DNA of 64,000 bases from positions 436,640 to 500,639 of the forward strand of contig CADCCZ010000001.1 in assembly GCA_902800045.1 (NCBI GenBank), read 5' to 3'. This DNA is from an uncultured Bacteroidia bacterium. GTDB taxonomy: Bacteria; Bacteroidota; Bacteroidia; Bacteroidales; ML635J-15. The notes under the pieces are model-generated. The model was not told the DNA's origin. It saw only the letters and a program-made list of their open reading frames with translations, and did no database searches. Below, in pieces: positions 22,501-31,321 of this stretch. How positions within the stretch are numbered: the first letter of the stretch is position 1; the number at the start of each line of letters is the position of its first letter. A program made the translations under genes and the position numbers.

Positions 22501-22841
22501 TCGACGAGCATACATTTTATGCCAGCGGAGTCTATTCGTATGTAATTCCGTCGGATTTAGGCTGCGATACTATTGTCGACCTTACGCTCCAGGTTCTCGA
22601 TGAACCAGAGGCCTTCGACATCAGTCCCAATCCAGCAAAGAGCATAATCAGCATATCGTCGGAGAATTATATATCGTTGGTGGAGATTTATTCTACAACA
22701 GGAATGCTTGCCATGCAGAAGGAAATCAATGCAAATAGGGCAGAGGTGAACGTCGAGTGGCTTGTGTCGGGAGTTTATTTTGTAAGGTTGTTTGGCGAAG
22801 ATGGAGGACTGCCATCGGTTCAAAGGTTTGTAAAGGAATAA
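19524..22841 (+). CDS. BspA-family LRR surface protein 5 with stalk and T9SS type-A CTD
   Basis: Likely start ATG 19524 (MKRQIALF signal peptide); intact ORF with the same architecture. Confidence 0.9.
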   Translation: MKRQIALFIFSIILCGSAIAYDFSAVCSNGQTLFYNIISDTLPYTVEVTKETSSYPYYSNELTGVVEIPESVEYNEMTYSVTSIGDSAFCYCRNMTSIIIPNSVTNIGDKVFYYCTGLSELTIPYSVDSIGMGAFSECRGLTEITVHENMTSIGKGAFAYCSGLTTVNFNATNCTYMGYGDSPVFSYCTALATLNIGERVTSIPPFAFYGCSGLAELTIPDNVTSIGNSAFAKCSGLVEVTIHEGITYIGTFAFYQCYGLMTLNFNAVNCTYMGTSGQPPFSQCTSLSTLNIGENVTFIPEYAFRLCDGVATINYNATNCSTMTSTYAGLTVSAFYDCSSLSTLNIGDNVESIPEKAFQDCPIVGALVLPNSVVSIGYSAFGNCDRLTEVTIPSSVTSIGEYAFSHCDSLTTVNFNAINCADMPLNVFVNNNAFSTLNIGENVTKIPANAFYECYSLTEVIIPNLVTSIGRYAFRDCTSLSSVTIPSSVTNIYNGAFTGCSGLVECHYMGDVAGWCGITIGNVTANPFYWAQNQYIGEEPIIDLIIPESVFEIMPFVFYGISSITTVTFPESISSIGDHAFYDCSGLTTVNFNAINCSMMGDGNYSVFYNCTSLSTLNIGGNVTSIPYDAFRNCDNIIDINVYSSTPPTIASSSVFESAVYSNATVWTPCPAATNYRNDSRWGQFANIRNEQTTIYNIAVQTADANMGDVSGDGSFTCDTEVELIATPNDGYRFLSWNDGNEDNPRTITVGGDSTFVASFRAIHTITASAGEHGSISPSGDVTVDEAADQSFTITPDTYYRIASVIVDGQTDVTAQLVDGVYTFANVTEDHTISATFEIIPYTIEVAANNDEFGSVSGGGTYNAGTEISITATPNENCHFVSWNDGNADNPRTFIVTGDSTFVATFERNLCTITVLASDSDFGSVTGGGQYAIGDTVVLTATPNIGYCFISWDDDSLANPRSFVAAGDSTFVAEFSATAHRAVDTTVTSYLTLDEHTFYASGVYSYVIPSDLGCDTIVDLTLQVLDEPEAFDISPNPAKSIISISSENYISLVEIYSTTGMLAMQKEINANRAEVNVEWLVSGVYFVRLFGEDGGLPSVQRFVKE

Positions 22842-22868
22842 AAATTTGTTTGTTTATATCAAATGTAT

Positions 22869-22876
22869 TATTTTTG
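22869..22876 (+). promoter_or_regulatory. -7 promoter element TATTTTTG for LRR gene 6
   Basis: TAnnTTTG consensus upstream of ATG 22906. Confidence 0.55.
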
Positions 22877-22905
22877 TCACCCAATATAGATAGAGTTTAA
22901 AAACA

Positions 22906-25900
22906 ATGAGGAAATTATATATAATACTCCTTCTGTTTGTCGCTTGCATGGTGACAAATAATCTATTTGCATACGATTTTTCTGCGACATGTAGCACCGG
23001 ACAGACATTGTACTACAACATAACATCCGATAATGCCCCTTTTACGGTAGAGGTAACAAGCCAAAATACTTCGTCTCCATATTGGAATAATGGAGGACCT
23101 AGTGGCAGCATTGAAATACCGGAATCTGTTACATTTAATTCTATAGCATATTCAGTTACATGTATAGGAGATCATGCGTTTGATTTTTGCACAGAAATAA
23201 CATCTCTAACAATTCCCAGTACAGTAACAAGAATTGGCAATAATGCGATTTATTATTGCACAGGACTGACTTCAATTACTATTCCGGAAAATGTTACATA
23301 CATTGACGATTTGGCATTTTCATATTGTATGAATATGACCACCGTTTATTTCAATGCAACCAACTGCACGTATATGGGATCAGCAAGTAATCAGGTGTTC
23401 AATTATTGTAGGACGCTTGCAACCTTGATTATTGGAGAAAATGTAACCAATATTCCTGAAAATGCGTTTGCTGGATGTACAAGGTTGGAAACTGTTAATG
23501 TTCCAAGTTCAGTTGCAAGCATTGGCAGTAACGCATTTGGGTCGGTCAAGAATGTTGCATATAGCGGTACTGCTGAAGGTGGCGGATGGGGCGCGCTGAC
23601 ATATAACGGTTATGTTGAGTCTCCTCTGGTATATTATGACGATACTAAGACTAAATTAACTGGCTGCTATGCTTCGGCTACATCGGCGGAAGCTTCCAGC
23701 ACTGTAACAGAAATTGGCAGCTATGCATTTCAGGATTGTGTATACTTGAGAAATCTTACCTTGCCAACTTCGGTAACAACTTTGGGCTCTAATGTATTTA
23801 GTGGTTGCACCTCTCTATTGGCTGTGTATAACGAAGATACTTATTTTTATGGCGGACCGAACAGTACAAGTTATTCAGAATGTATTATACCCGAAGGAAT
23901 AAAAACAATTTATGAATATGCATGTTCCGGCCATTATTATATTACTACCCTTACTATTCCGTCGTCGGTAACATACATCGGGCAGCGTGCATTTTCTAAT
24001 TGCAGCTCATTGGCTACTGTCAACTATAATGCGACAAGCTGTACTCATGGCGGTAGTGGTACTGGTGCTGCGTTTTATTCATGTTCCAACATTACAACCA
24101 TAAATATCGGTGATAATGTAGAGGTCATTCCGGAAAATATATTTAATGGTTGTAGCGGAGTTACTTCGATAACACTGCCAAGTTCTTTGCGTGAAATAGG
24201 ACAGTTCGCTTTTTATGGTTGCACAGGATTGACATCACTAACAATTCCCGAAAATGTAACAAACATTGCTACTTGGGCTTTTTATGGTTGTTCGGGGATT
24301 ACGACGGTAGATTTCAATGCGGTGAACTGCGATTACATGGGTAGTAATAATTTCCCTGCTCTGCAGGGGGCAAATGCGTTGTCTGTCTTGAATATTGGTG
24401 CAAATGTAACTAATATTCCAAATTATGCTTTTTATTTATGCGATGGCATCGTAGAAATAAATACAATGGCAATAACACCTCCGAATTCTGGCTCTAGCTT
24501 CACTTCAACTGTATATGGTGCCGCAACGGTAACAACACCATGCCCTGCCGCCGCTGATTATCGAAATCACAGCCAGTGGGGACAGTTTGCCAACATCCAG
24601 AACGAACATACAAGCATTTTCAATATCGAAGTTCAGACCGAAGATGCAAACAAGGGCGATGTTACCGGTGAGGGAAGTTTTCACTGCGATGAAGAAGTTA
24701 CACTTACTGCAACTGCCAACGACGGCTACCGTTTCTTTTCGTGGGACGACGGCAACGAGGACAATCCGAGGACAATCACTGTTGGCGGCGACAAAACATA
24801 TGTCGCAAGTTTCAAGGCCGTACATACAGTTACAGCAAGTGCCGGCGAGAATGGCTCGATAGATCCGAACGGCGCCATAACGGTAGATGATGGCTCCAGC
24901 CTTCTTTTTACAATCTTGCCAAACTCAGGCTACCGCATTGCCAGTGTGATAATTGACGGGACAAACAATGTTACCGCACAGGTCTACAACAATGTATATA
25001 CATTGGACAATATAACAACCGACCGCACAATCGCAGTGGAATTCGAGGAAATTCCTATTCATACAATAACAGCGACAGCCAACGAATACGGTACAGTCAG
25101 CCCCAGCGGCGACGTTTCGGTGCCCGAAGGTAGCAGCCAGTCGTTTACATTTACACCGAACACAAACTGTCGCCTTGTAAGCGTAGTGGTTGACGGTTCG
25201 TCCAATGTCACAGGACAGCTTGTCGACGGCGTATATACATTTGTGAACGTAGCGGGCGACCATACCATAGCGGCTACATTCGAGGCGTTACCAACATATA
25301 CGATTTCGGTATTGGGCGCCAGCCATGGAACAATATCGCCTAACAGCGATGTTACCGTTATTGAAGGCGGAAGCCAGACATTTACATTCTCTCCTGACGC
25401 TTGCTATGACATAGGGGATGTTAGGGTTGACGGAGCTACAGTAAGACTTGATGCGAACAACTCATATACGTTCACAAACGTGACGGCCAACCATACAGTT
25501 GTAGCAAGTTTCGATATTCATGCATTCACAATTTCCGTAACGATAAGCGGTCAGGGCTTCGTAACCCACAACGATGAAGACGGTGACGCAGAAGTGAACT
25601 GCGGTGACAGCCAGAGTTTCACAATTACGGCTGCCGACAGCAGCCAGCTGTCAAGCGTGATAGTTGACGGACAGGATGTTACAAGCCAGCTTGTGGACGG
25701 TGTCTACACATTTACCAATGTAAATGCCGACCATACATTAAATGTGATATTCGAGGCAATCCCGCTATATACGTTTACAGTGATGGCAAACAACGACGAG
25801 TATGGCACTGTCAGCGGAGGCGGCCAGTATATGGAAGGCACGTATGCTGTCATCTCGGCCACGCCAAACGACGGCTACCGCTTTGTGTCGTGGGACGATG

Positions 25901-26766
25901 ATGCTACTACCAACCCACGTACAATCAGAGTTATTGGTAATAGAACTTATGTCGCCAACTTTGAACGAGATCAGTACACAATCACAGTGCTTTCGGCAGA
26001 TTCGAGCAACGGCTCTGTTATTGGTGGCGGCACATACGATGCAGGAGCCACAGCTACCTTGACTGCTTCGCCGAATGCCGGTTACCGCTTTTTGTCGTGG
26101 AACGACGACAATACCGACAATCCAAGGACAATAGTTGTTGATGGTGACAGCACTTTTGTGGCAAGTTTCATGGCAATATACAACATCACGGTGTTGGCAA
26201 ACAACAATGAATATGGAACGGTCTCGGCAGGTGGTACGTTCGATGAGGGCGAAGAGGTGACCTTGACTGCAGAACCAAACACAAGGTACTGCTTCATAGA
26301 GTGGGACGATGGCAATACCGACAACCCGCGTACAATTACAGCAACAAGCGACATTACCTATGTTGCCGAATTCAGTAGAACCGCACATTTATCAGTTGAC
26401 ACAACTGCAACAAGTTTCCTAACAATTGACAATCATACGTTTTATGCAAGTGGAATGTTTTCGTATGTAAGACCATCCGAAATAGGTTGCGATACAATCG
26501 TAAACCTCAACCTTCGCATACTCGATGAGCCAAAATCATGTGATATAAGTCCAAACCCTGCAAAAAGCATAATCAGCATATCGTCTGAGAATTACATATC
26601 AGTTGTCGAATTCTATTCGCTAGCTGGGCGGCTTGCTCTGCAAAGGGAAGTCAATGCATATCAGGCTGAGATTAATATCGATGAACTTGTTTCTGGTATT
26701 TATTTTGTAAGAATGTATAGTGAAGACGGTATATTGCCAGTAGTACAAAAAATTGTAAAGGAGTAA
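22906..26766 (+). CDS. BspA-family LRR surface protein 6 with stalk and T9SS type-A CTD
   Basis: Intact 1286-aa ORF; contains the segment missing from genes 2 and 4. Confidence 0.9.
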   Translation: MRKLYIILLLFVACMVTNNLFAYDFSATCSTGQTLYYNITSDNAPFTVEVTSQNTSSPYWNNGGPSGSIEIPESVTFNSIAYSVTCIGDHAFDFCTEITSLTIPSTVTRIGNNAIYYCTGLTSITIPENVTYIDDLAFSYCMNMTTVYFNATNCTYMGSASNQVFNYCRTLATLIIGENVTNIPENAFAGCTRLETVNVPSSVASIGSNAFGSVKNVAYSGTAEGGGWGALTYNGYVESPLVYYDDTKTKLTGCYASATSAEASSTVTEIGSYAFQDCVYLRNLTLPTSVTTLGSNVFSGCTSLLAVYNEDTYFYGGPNSTSYSECIIPEGIKTIYEYACSGHYYITTLTIPSSVTYIGQRAFSNCSSLATVNYNATSCTHGGSGTGAAFYSCSNITTINIGDNVEVIPENIFNGCSGVTSITLPSSLREIGQFAFYGCTGLTSLTIPENVTNIATWAFYGCSGITTVDFNAVNCDYMGSNNFPALQGANALSVLNIGANVTNIPNYAFYLCDGIVEINTMAITPPNSGSSFTSTVYGAATVTTPCPAAADYRNHSQWGQFANIQNEHTSIFNIEVQTEDANKGDVTGEGSFHCDEEVTLTATANDGYRFFSWDDGNEDNPRTITVGGDKTYVASFKAVHTVTASAGENGSIDPNGAITVDDGSSLLFTILPNSGYRIASVIIDGTNNVTAQVYNNVYTLDNITTDRTIAVEFEEIPIHTITATANEYGTVSPSGDVSVPEGSSQSFTFTPNTNCRLVSVVVDGSSNVTGQLVDGVYTFVNVAGDHTIAATFEALPTYTISVLGASHGTISPNSDVTVIEGGSQTFTFSPDACYDIGDVRVDGATVRLDANNSYTFTNVTANHTVVASFDIHAFTISVTISGQGFVTHNDEDGDAEVNCGDSQSFTITAADSSQLSSVIVDGQDVTSQLVDGVYTFTNVNADHTLNVIFEAIPLYTFTVMANNDEYGTVSGGGQYMEGTYAVISATPNDGYRFVSWDDDATTNPRTIRVIGNRTYVANFERDQYTITVLSADSSNGSVIGGGTYDAGATATLTASPNAGYRFLSWNDDNTDNPRTIVVDGDSTFVASFMAIYNITVLANNNEYGTVSAGGTFDEGEEVTLTAEPNTRYCFIEWDDGNTDNPRTITATSDITYVAEFSRTAHLSVDTTATSFLTIDNHTFYASGMFSYVRPSEIGCDTIVNLNLRILDEPKSCDISPNPAKSIISISSENYISVVEFYSLAGRLALQREVNAYQAEINIDELVSGIYFVRMYSEDGILPVVQKIVKE

Positions 26767-26770
26767 AGTT

Positions 26771-27727
26771 ATGAATATGAAAAATAATATAAGAATTTTA
26801 ATTGTAGGAATGTTGCTCGCATTCCTTGCTACATCGTGTCATAAGGAAGAGATTGAACTCAATCCTGTAGCACAAATAGATTTGGAACTTGTTAATGGCA
26901 ACAAAATGATTAGCAAGGCTTCTGTTCCTGAGTTTGAGGCTCGAGTTCTTGTCGAATACGAGTACGATACTACAGAATATCAATGTACATTTATTAAAAA
27001 GTCCAATGGTACTTATATTTACGATATCACACGTAGTGAAATTGTATATGCGAGTAGGGAAATTCCTTTCCGCATATATGTCGATGCTGTTATCGGAAAC
27101 GAAAGGCTTACTGGAGAGTCGGAACCAAGGACAATCGGTGTCGATGACGGTGCTATAATTGTTTCCTTTACATTGTGGGCATATATGGGCGGACACATGT
27201 ATGTCGATTTAGGACTTCCGAGCGGTACTCTTTGGTCGGTTTGCAACATGGGTGCCGACAAGCCGGAAGAATTCGGAGGATATTATGCATGGGGTGAAAC
27301 CACAACTAAGAGTTCGTACAATTGGAACACTTATAGCATTGGCTCTGAGTTGGATAGCTTGCCTACTCTTGATGAGGCCCACGATGCAGCTGCAGCAAAT
27401 TGGGGTTATGGTTGGCGCATGCCTTCTAGAGAAGACTTTGACGAAATAGTCACTTATTGTACAATGACTTGGACAACACGTAGCGGTGTTAACGGTTATT
27501 TGGTTACAGGAACTAATGGCAACACTATGTTCCTGCCTGCATCTGGAGGTCGTGGCGATGGCAACATCTACGAAAGCGGTTCGTGCGGTTTCTACTGGCT
27601 CAACTCTGTCTATACCGACGATACTCAGTTTGCATGGGGATTCCTTTTCGATGCCAATTCGTTTAGCGAGACAAGCTATTACCGCATGTACGGGCAGTCG
27701 ATAAGGCCTGTATGCAATAGGCAATAA
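26771..27727 (+). CDS. Lipoprotein with C-terminal C-type-lectin-fold-like domain (VDLGLPSGTLW family)
   Basis: Lipobox LATSC; motifs YVDLGLPSGTLW, YYAWGE, WRMPS, MFLPASG, GFYW and GQSIRPV. Confidence 0.75.
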   Translation: MNMKNNIRILIVGMLLAFLATSCHKEEIELNPVAQIDLELVNGNKMISKASVPEFEARVLVEYEYDTTEYQCTFIKKSNGTYIYDITRSEIVYASREIPFRIYVDAVIGNERLTGESEPRTIGVDDGAIIVSFTLWAYMGGHMYVDLGLPSGTLWSVCNMGADKPEEFGGYYAWGETTTKSSYNWNTYSIGSELDSLPTLDEAHDAAAANWGYGWRMPSREDFDEIVTYCTMTWTTRSGVNGYLVTGTNGNTMFLPASGGRGDGNIYESGSCGFYWLNSVYTDDTQFAWGFLFDANSFSETSYYRMYGQSIRPVCNRQ

Positions 27728-27766
27728 ATAATTGTTTGAGCTAAAAGTTTACAATTAACGATATTA

Positions 27767-27803
27767 TGTAGTCTTGCAGTGTGTTGCGAGACTACAATTT
27801 TTT
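27767..27803 (+). terminator. Intrinsic terminator
   Basis: TGTAGTCTTGCA/TGCGAGACTACA hairpin followed by a T run. Confidence 0.85.
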
Positions 27804-27869
27804 ATACGGTAAATCGTCAATCCAAAATATTATTGTATATTTGTAGTACTAATTATAAATGATTGACTT

Positions 27870-28472
27870 ATGAAAGAAATTATGCCAGTAAACGGAATTT
27901 TTGAAATGCCGGCATTGCCGTTCGAAGCATCGGCATTAAAGGGTATTATAAGCGCAGAAACCTTGTCGTTCCATCACGGAAAGCACTTGAAAGCATACGT
28001 TGACAATATGAACAAACTGTTGCCTGCTAGTGGATTCGAAGGCTTGTCGTTGGTTGAGGTTGTGAAGCGTGCCGAAGGCGGAATGTTCAACAATGCAGGT
28101 CAGGTTCTGAACCACACCATGTATTTCGAGCAATTTGCAGCAAAGCGCGACAACAACAAGCCTGAAGGAAAACTTTTGTCGCTGATTGAAAGGGATTTCG
28201 GTTCGTTCGATGCTTTCAAGACTGAGTTTGCTCAAAAGGGTGTAGGCTTGTTTGGTTCGGGTTGGGTTTGGCTGTCGCTGAATGCCGATGGCAAGCTTGT
28301 CATTACTCAGGAGCCTAATGCCGAAAATCCAGTTCGCAAAGGTCTGAAGCCCTTGCTCACATTCGATGTGTGGGAACACGCCTACTATCTAGACTACCAG
28401 AACCGTCGTGCCGACCATCTCGCAGCATTGTGGGACATCATCGACTGGAAGGTGATTGAAGGAAGACTATAG
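27870..28472 (+). CDS. sodB: Fe/Mn superoxide dismutase
   Basis: HHGKH, NNAGQVLNH, FGSGW and DVWEHAYY motifs; promoter TATATTTG at 27836-27843. Confidence 0.92.
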   Translation: MKEIMPVNGIFEMPALPFEASALKGIISAETLSFHHGKHLKAYVDNMNKLLPASGFEGLSLVEVVKRAEGGMFNNAGQVLNHTMYFEQFAAKRDNNKPEGKLLSLIERDFGSFDAFKTEFAQKGVGLFGSGWVWLSLNADGKLVITQEPNAENPVRKGLKPLLTFDVWEHAYYLDYQNRRADHLAALWDIIDWKVIEGRL

Positions 28473-28506
28473 TTGTGGCAGTTTCGGATTGTTTTGAATT
28501 CTAATA

Positions 28507-28606
28507 TTCACTTTTAGATAAGTGAATATATTGCTATAATTCACTTTTGCAAAAGTGAAAAATATTTAAAATTTCATCTTTGTAAAAGTGAATTTTTGTA
28601 TCTTTG
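28507..28606 (+). promoter_or_regulatory. Three 20-bp palindromic operator-like sites at 33-bp spacing plus -7 element
   Basis: TTCACTTTTAGATAAGTGAA (28507), TTCACTTTTGCAAAAGTGAA (28540), TTCATCTTTGTAAAAGTGAA (28573); TATCTTTG at 28599. Confidence 0.75.
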
Positions 28607-28631
28607 CTGCGAAGAAATATTGATTTAAGTT

Positions 28632-29840
28632 ATGACACAGGGCGATTTTTTGCAGATAAAAGATGTGTATATCACAAGGTTAAGAAATACTTCGCTATTG
28701 TTTAAACGGTATATACATAAAAAGATTAACTGGGATGCGAGGCTGATAGGCATAAAGGGGGCACGTGGTGTCGGGAAAACAACATTGCTTATGCAGCACA
28801 TAAAAACGACATTCAAGAATCCTGATGATGCCTTTTATGTATCGCTTGACAGTTATTGGTTCCAGTCGCATAACCTTGTCGAACTCGTACAATGGCTGTA
28901 TGGTCGGGGCGTAAGGCACATTTATCTCGATGAAGTTCACAAATATCCGATGTGGAGTCAGATAGTAAAGGATTTGTACGACACATACTCAGATTTGTAC
29001 ATTGTATATACTGGCAGCAGTATGCTTGAAATTGATAACTCGAAAGTTGATTTGTCGCGGAGGCAGACTTTGTACTCGATGGCAGGAATGTCGTTCAGGG
29101 AGTATTTGGAATTCAATAAGATACTGCAATATGAGGCTATAACTCTTGATGAACTTCTGTCGAATCATATTTATCATGCGATGAATATAACTGCAATCAA
29201 AGGGTTGATGTTGTATTTTGACAAATATCTTAGAAATGGTGTTTATCCGTTTTCGCGGGAGGCAGGCACCGATTTCCATATCAGGCTTGCAGAAGTTGCA
29301 AACTTGGTTGTCGAAAGCGACTTGCCGGCAGTGGAAGATGTTACATACGCTACCGTACAGAAGGCTAAAAGGTTGCTTATGGTCATTGCCCAGAATGTTC
29401 CGCTTGTACCCAATATCAGCAAGTTGTGCGACCAGCTTGAAACAACAAGGGATGTTTGCCTTAAACTTCTGTATGCTCTTGATAGGGCTGGGTTGCTTAT
29501 GATGCTTACAAAGACTCCCAAAGACTACAAGCATTTGGTAAATCCACAGAAGATATATCTTGCCAATACCAATCTGATGTATGCATTTTCGCCAGAAGCC
29601 AATGTTGGAACACTACGGGAAACATTCCTTATGAACCAGTTGGAAGTAAAACATAGTGTTACTTTGCCTACGGATGGCGGCGATTTTACAGTTGACGGTA
29701 AGATCCTGTTCGAAGTAGGTGGTAAAGGCAAGGATTTCTCTCAGATTGCTGGCATAAAAGACAGTTACCTTGCTGTGGCGGACACCGAGATTGGCGATGG
29801 AAATCGTATTCCGTTGTGGATGTTCGGAATGTTGTATTGA
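28632..29840 (+). CDS. AAA_14 ATPase with DUF4143-type C-terminus
   Basis: Walker A GARGVGKT, Walker B YLDEVH, YTGSS, KIYLANTNL, RETF, GDF...FEVGG and IPLWMFG motifs. Confidence 0.85.
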   Translation: MTQGDFLQIKDVYITRLRNTSLLFKRYIHKKINWDARLIGIKGARGVGKTTLLMQHIKTTFKNPDDAFYVSLDSYWFQSHNLVELVQWLYGRGVRHIYLDEVHKYPMWSQIVKDLYDTYSDLYIVYTGSSMLEIDNSKVDLSRRQTLYSMAGMSFREYLEFNKILQYEAITLDELLSNHIYHAMNITAIKGLMLYFDKYLRNGVYPFSREAGTDFHIRLAEVANLVVESDLPAVEDVTYATVQKAKRLLMVIAQNVPLVPNISKLCDQLETTRDVCLKLLYALDRAGLLMMLTKTPKDYKHLVNPQKIYLANTNLMYAFSPEANVGTLRETFLMNQLEVKHSVTLPTDGGDFTVDGKILFEVGGKGKDFSQIAGIKDSYLAVADTEIGDGNRIPLWMFGMLY

Positions 29841-29879
29841 ATTTGTATTGTAATTATTTGAAAAATTGAATCAATAATC

Positions 29880-29917
29880 TGTAGCGGTGTAATGTGTTGC
29901 ACCGCTACATTTTTTTT
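29880..29917 (+). terminator. Intrinsic terminator
   Basis: TGTAGCGGTG/CACCGCTACA hairpin followed by T8. Confidence 0.85.
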
Positions 29918-29998
29918 GTTAATAAATATATCCTGTTTGTGTATGTGTCGCGCGTGATATATGCTTATCTTTGCTACTCGTAATTTTTTCAATTGCTT

Positions 29999-31318
29999 AT
30001 GCGATTTGATGAACTGACATTGCACGATTGTCTTCACGAGGCTGTCGAATCGTTTGGATTTGACGAGCTTACAAAAATACAGGAGGAGACTTTCCTTCCG
30101 GTGGTCGAAGGTCACGATGTTATGGCCTGCTCGCAGACTGGCTCGGGAAAGACCGTCGCCTTCCTTTTGCCGATTATGGAACGGATGCTGCGATTTCCGA
30201 AAAGCGGTATTAGGGCGTTAATAATTGCACCTACACGCGAACTTTGCCTGCAAATAGAGGAGCAAATCGAAGGTCTGGCATATTTTTCAAACCAGTCGTC
30301 AATTGCAATCTACGGCGGAAACGACCAGCAGGGCTTCGGTGACCAGAAAAATGCTCTTGTAAATGGCGTTGACATCGTTGTCGCAACCCCCGGACGCTTG
30401 ATTTCGCACCTAAACCTCGGTTATGCCGACTTTTCAACACTCGATTTCCTTGTTCTCGACGAGGCCGACGAAATGCTCGACATGGGCTTCTATCCCGATA
30501 TTATGAAGATTGTCGCCCAGATGCCCAAGAAACGCCAGTCGCTGATGTTCAGCGCGACAATGCCGCCTCAAATCAAGAAACTTGCCGAGCAGATTCTGGT
30601 GGAACCCAAGTTCGTTGACCTTAATTTCTCGAAGCCCGCCGCCGAAATCGACCAGAAGGTGTATATGGTTTACGAAAAAGACAAGATGAAGCTTTTGCTT
30701 CGTACTTTGGCGGAACACAAGGGCGAGAAAGTCATAATTTTTGTCGGCAAGAAGCAGAGCGTAGGCGAGATTTCGTCGTTCCTGCGGATGAACGGTCTGC
30801 CTAACCGACCGATAAATTCAAACTTTACGCAGGAGGAACGCGAAAATGCAGTCCTCGATTTCAAGAGCGGAAAGACTAGCATAATCGTAACGACCAACCT
30901 GCTTTCGCGTGGCATCGACATCGACAATGTGAACCTGATTTTGAACTACGACATTCCGCACAAGGCCGAAGATTATGTTCATCGTATCGGTCGTACTGCC
31001 CGTGCAGGAAAGGACGGTCTGGCGATAAGTTTCATCGGCGAGAAGGAAATTGAGCATTTTGCGCGGATAGAGAAACTGCTTGAGCGCGTGGTGGAGAAGT
31101 CGCCTTTGCCCGATGGTTTTGGCGAAGCACCTGAATATAAACCGGGAAAAAAGTCTTCGAGACGCAGACATGGTGGTTCGCATCGAGGCGGACGAAAATT
31201 TCCGGGACGAAAGAAAGTGGTGTCAAAAAATGCTGATGGTGTTGCTGGCGAGGCAAAGTCGCGCAAGCCGCATCGTCACAGAAGACCTAGTAAAAAAACA
31301 GAAAACAAAGGAGAATAA
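29999..31318 (+). CDS. DEAD-box RNA helicase
   Basis: SQTGSGKT, PTREL, TPGR, DEAD, SAT, SRGID and HRIGRTAR motifs with a basic tail; promoter TATCTTTG at 29966. Confidence 0.93.
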   Translation: MRFDELTLHDCLHEAVESFGFDELTKIQEETFLPVVEGHDVMACSQTGSGKTVAFLLPIMERMLRFPKSGIRALIIAPTRELCLQIEEQIEGLAYFSNQSSIAIYGGNDQQGFGDQKNALVNGVDIVVATPGRLISHLNLGYADFSTLDFLVLDEADEMLDMGFYPDIMKIVAQMPKKRQSLMFSATMPPQIKKLAEQILVEPKFVDLNFSKPAAEIDQKVYMVYEKDKMKLLLRTLAEHKGEKVIIFVGKKQSVGEISSFLRMNGLPNRPINSNFTQEERENAVLDFKSGKTSIIVTTNLLSRGIDIDNVNLILNYDIPHKAEDYVHRIGRTARAGKDGLAISFIGEKEIEHFARIEKLLERVVEKSPLPDGFGEAPEYKPGKKSSRRRHGGSHRGGRKFPGRKKVVSKNADGVAGEAKSRKPHRHRRPSKKTENKGE

Positions 31319-31321
31319 TAT

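Larger units (their letters stand above)
3990..26766 (+). repeat. Tandem array of six paralogous BspA-type LRR / InlB-B-repeat / T9SS type-A genes
   Basis: All six share a YDFxAxCxxGQTLxYxI cap, LRR_5 repeats, a TPC..A..YR...W..F..I.NE.T junction, stalk repeats, a GCDTIV motif and an ISPNPAKS CTD. Long near-identical DNA blocks occur between copies. Confidence 0.9.

Noticed and set aside
3990-26766. Invertase-driven shufflon
   Set aside because: All copies are direct repeats on one strand, with no inverted cassettes and no adjacent recombinase.
28507-28592. Mini CRISPR array
   Set aside because: Repeats are 20 bp with 13-bp AT-rich spacers, overlap a promoter, and have no cas genes nearby.
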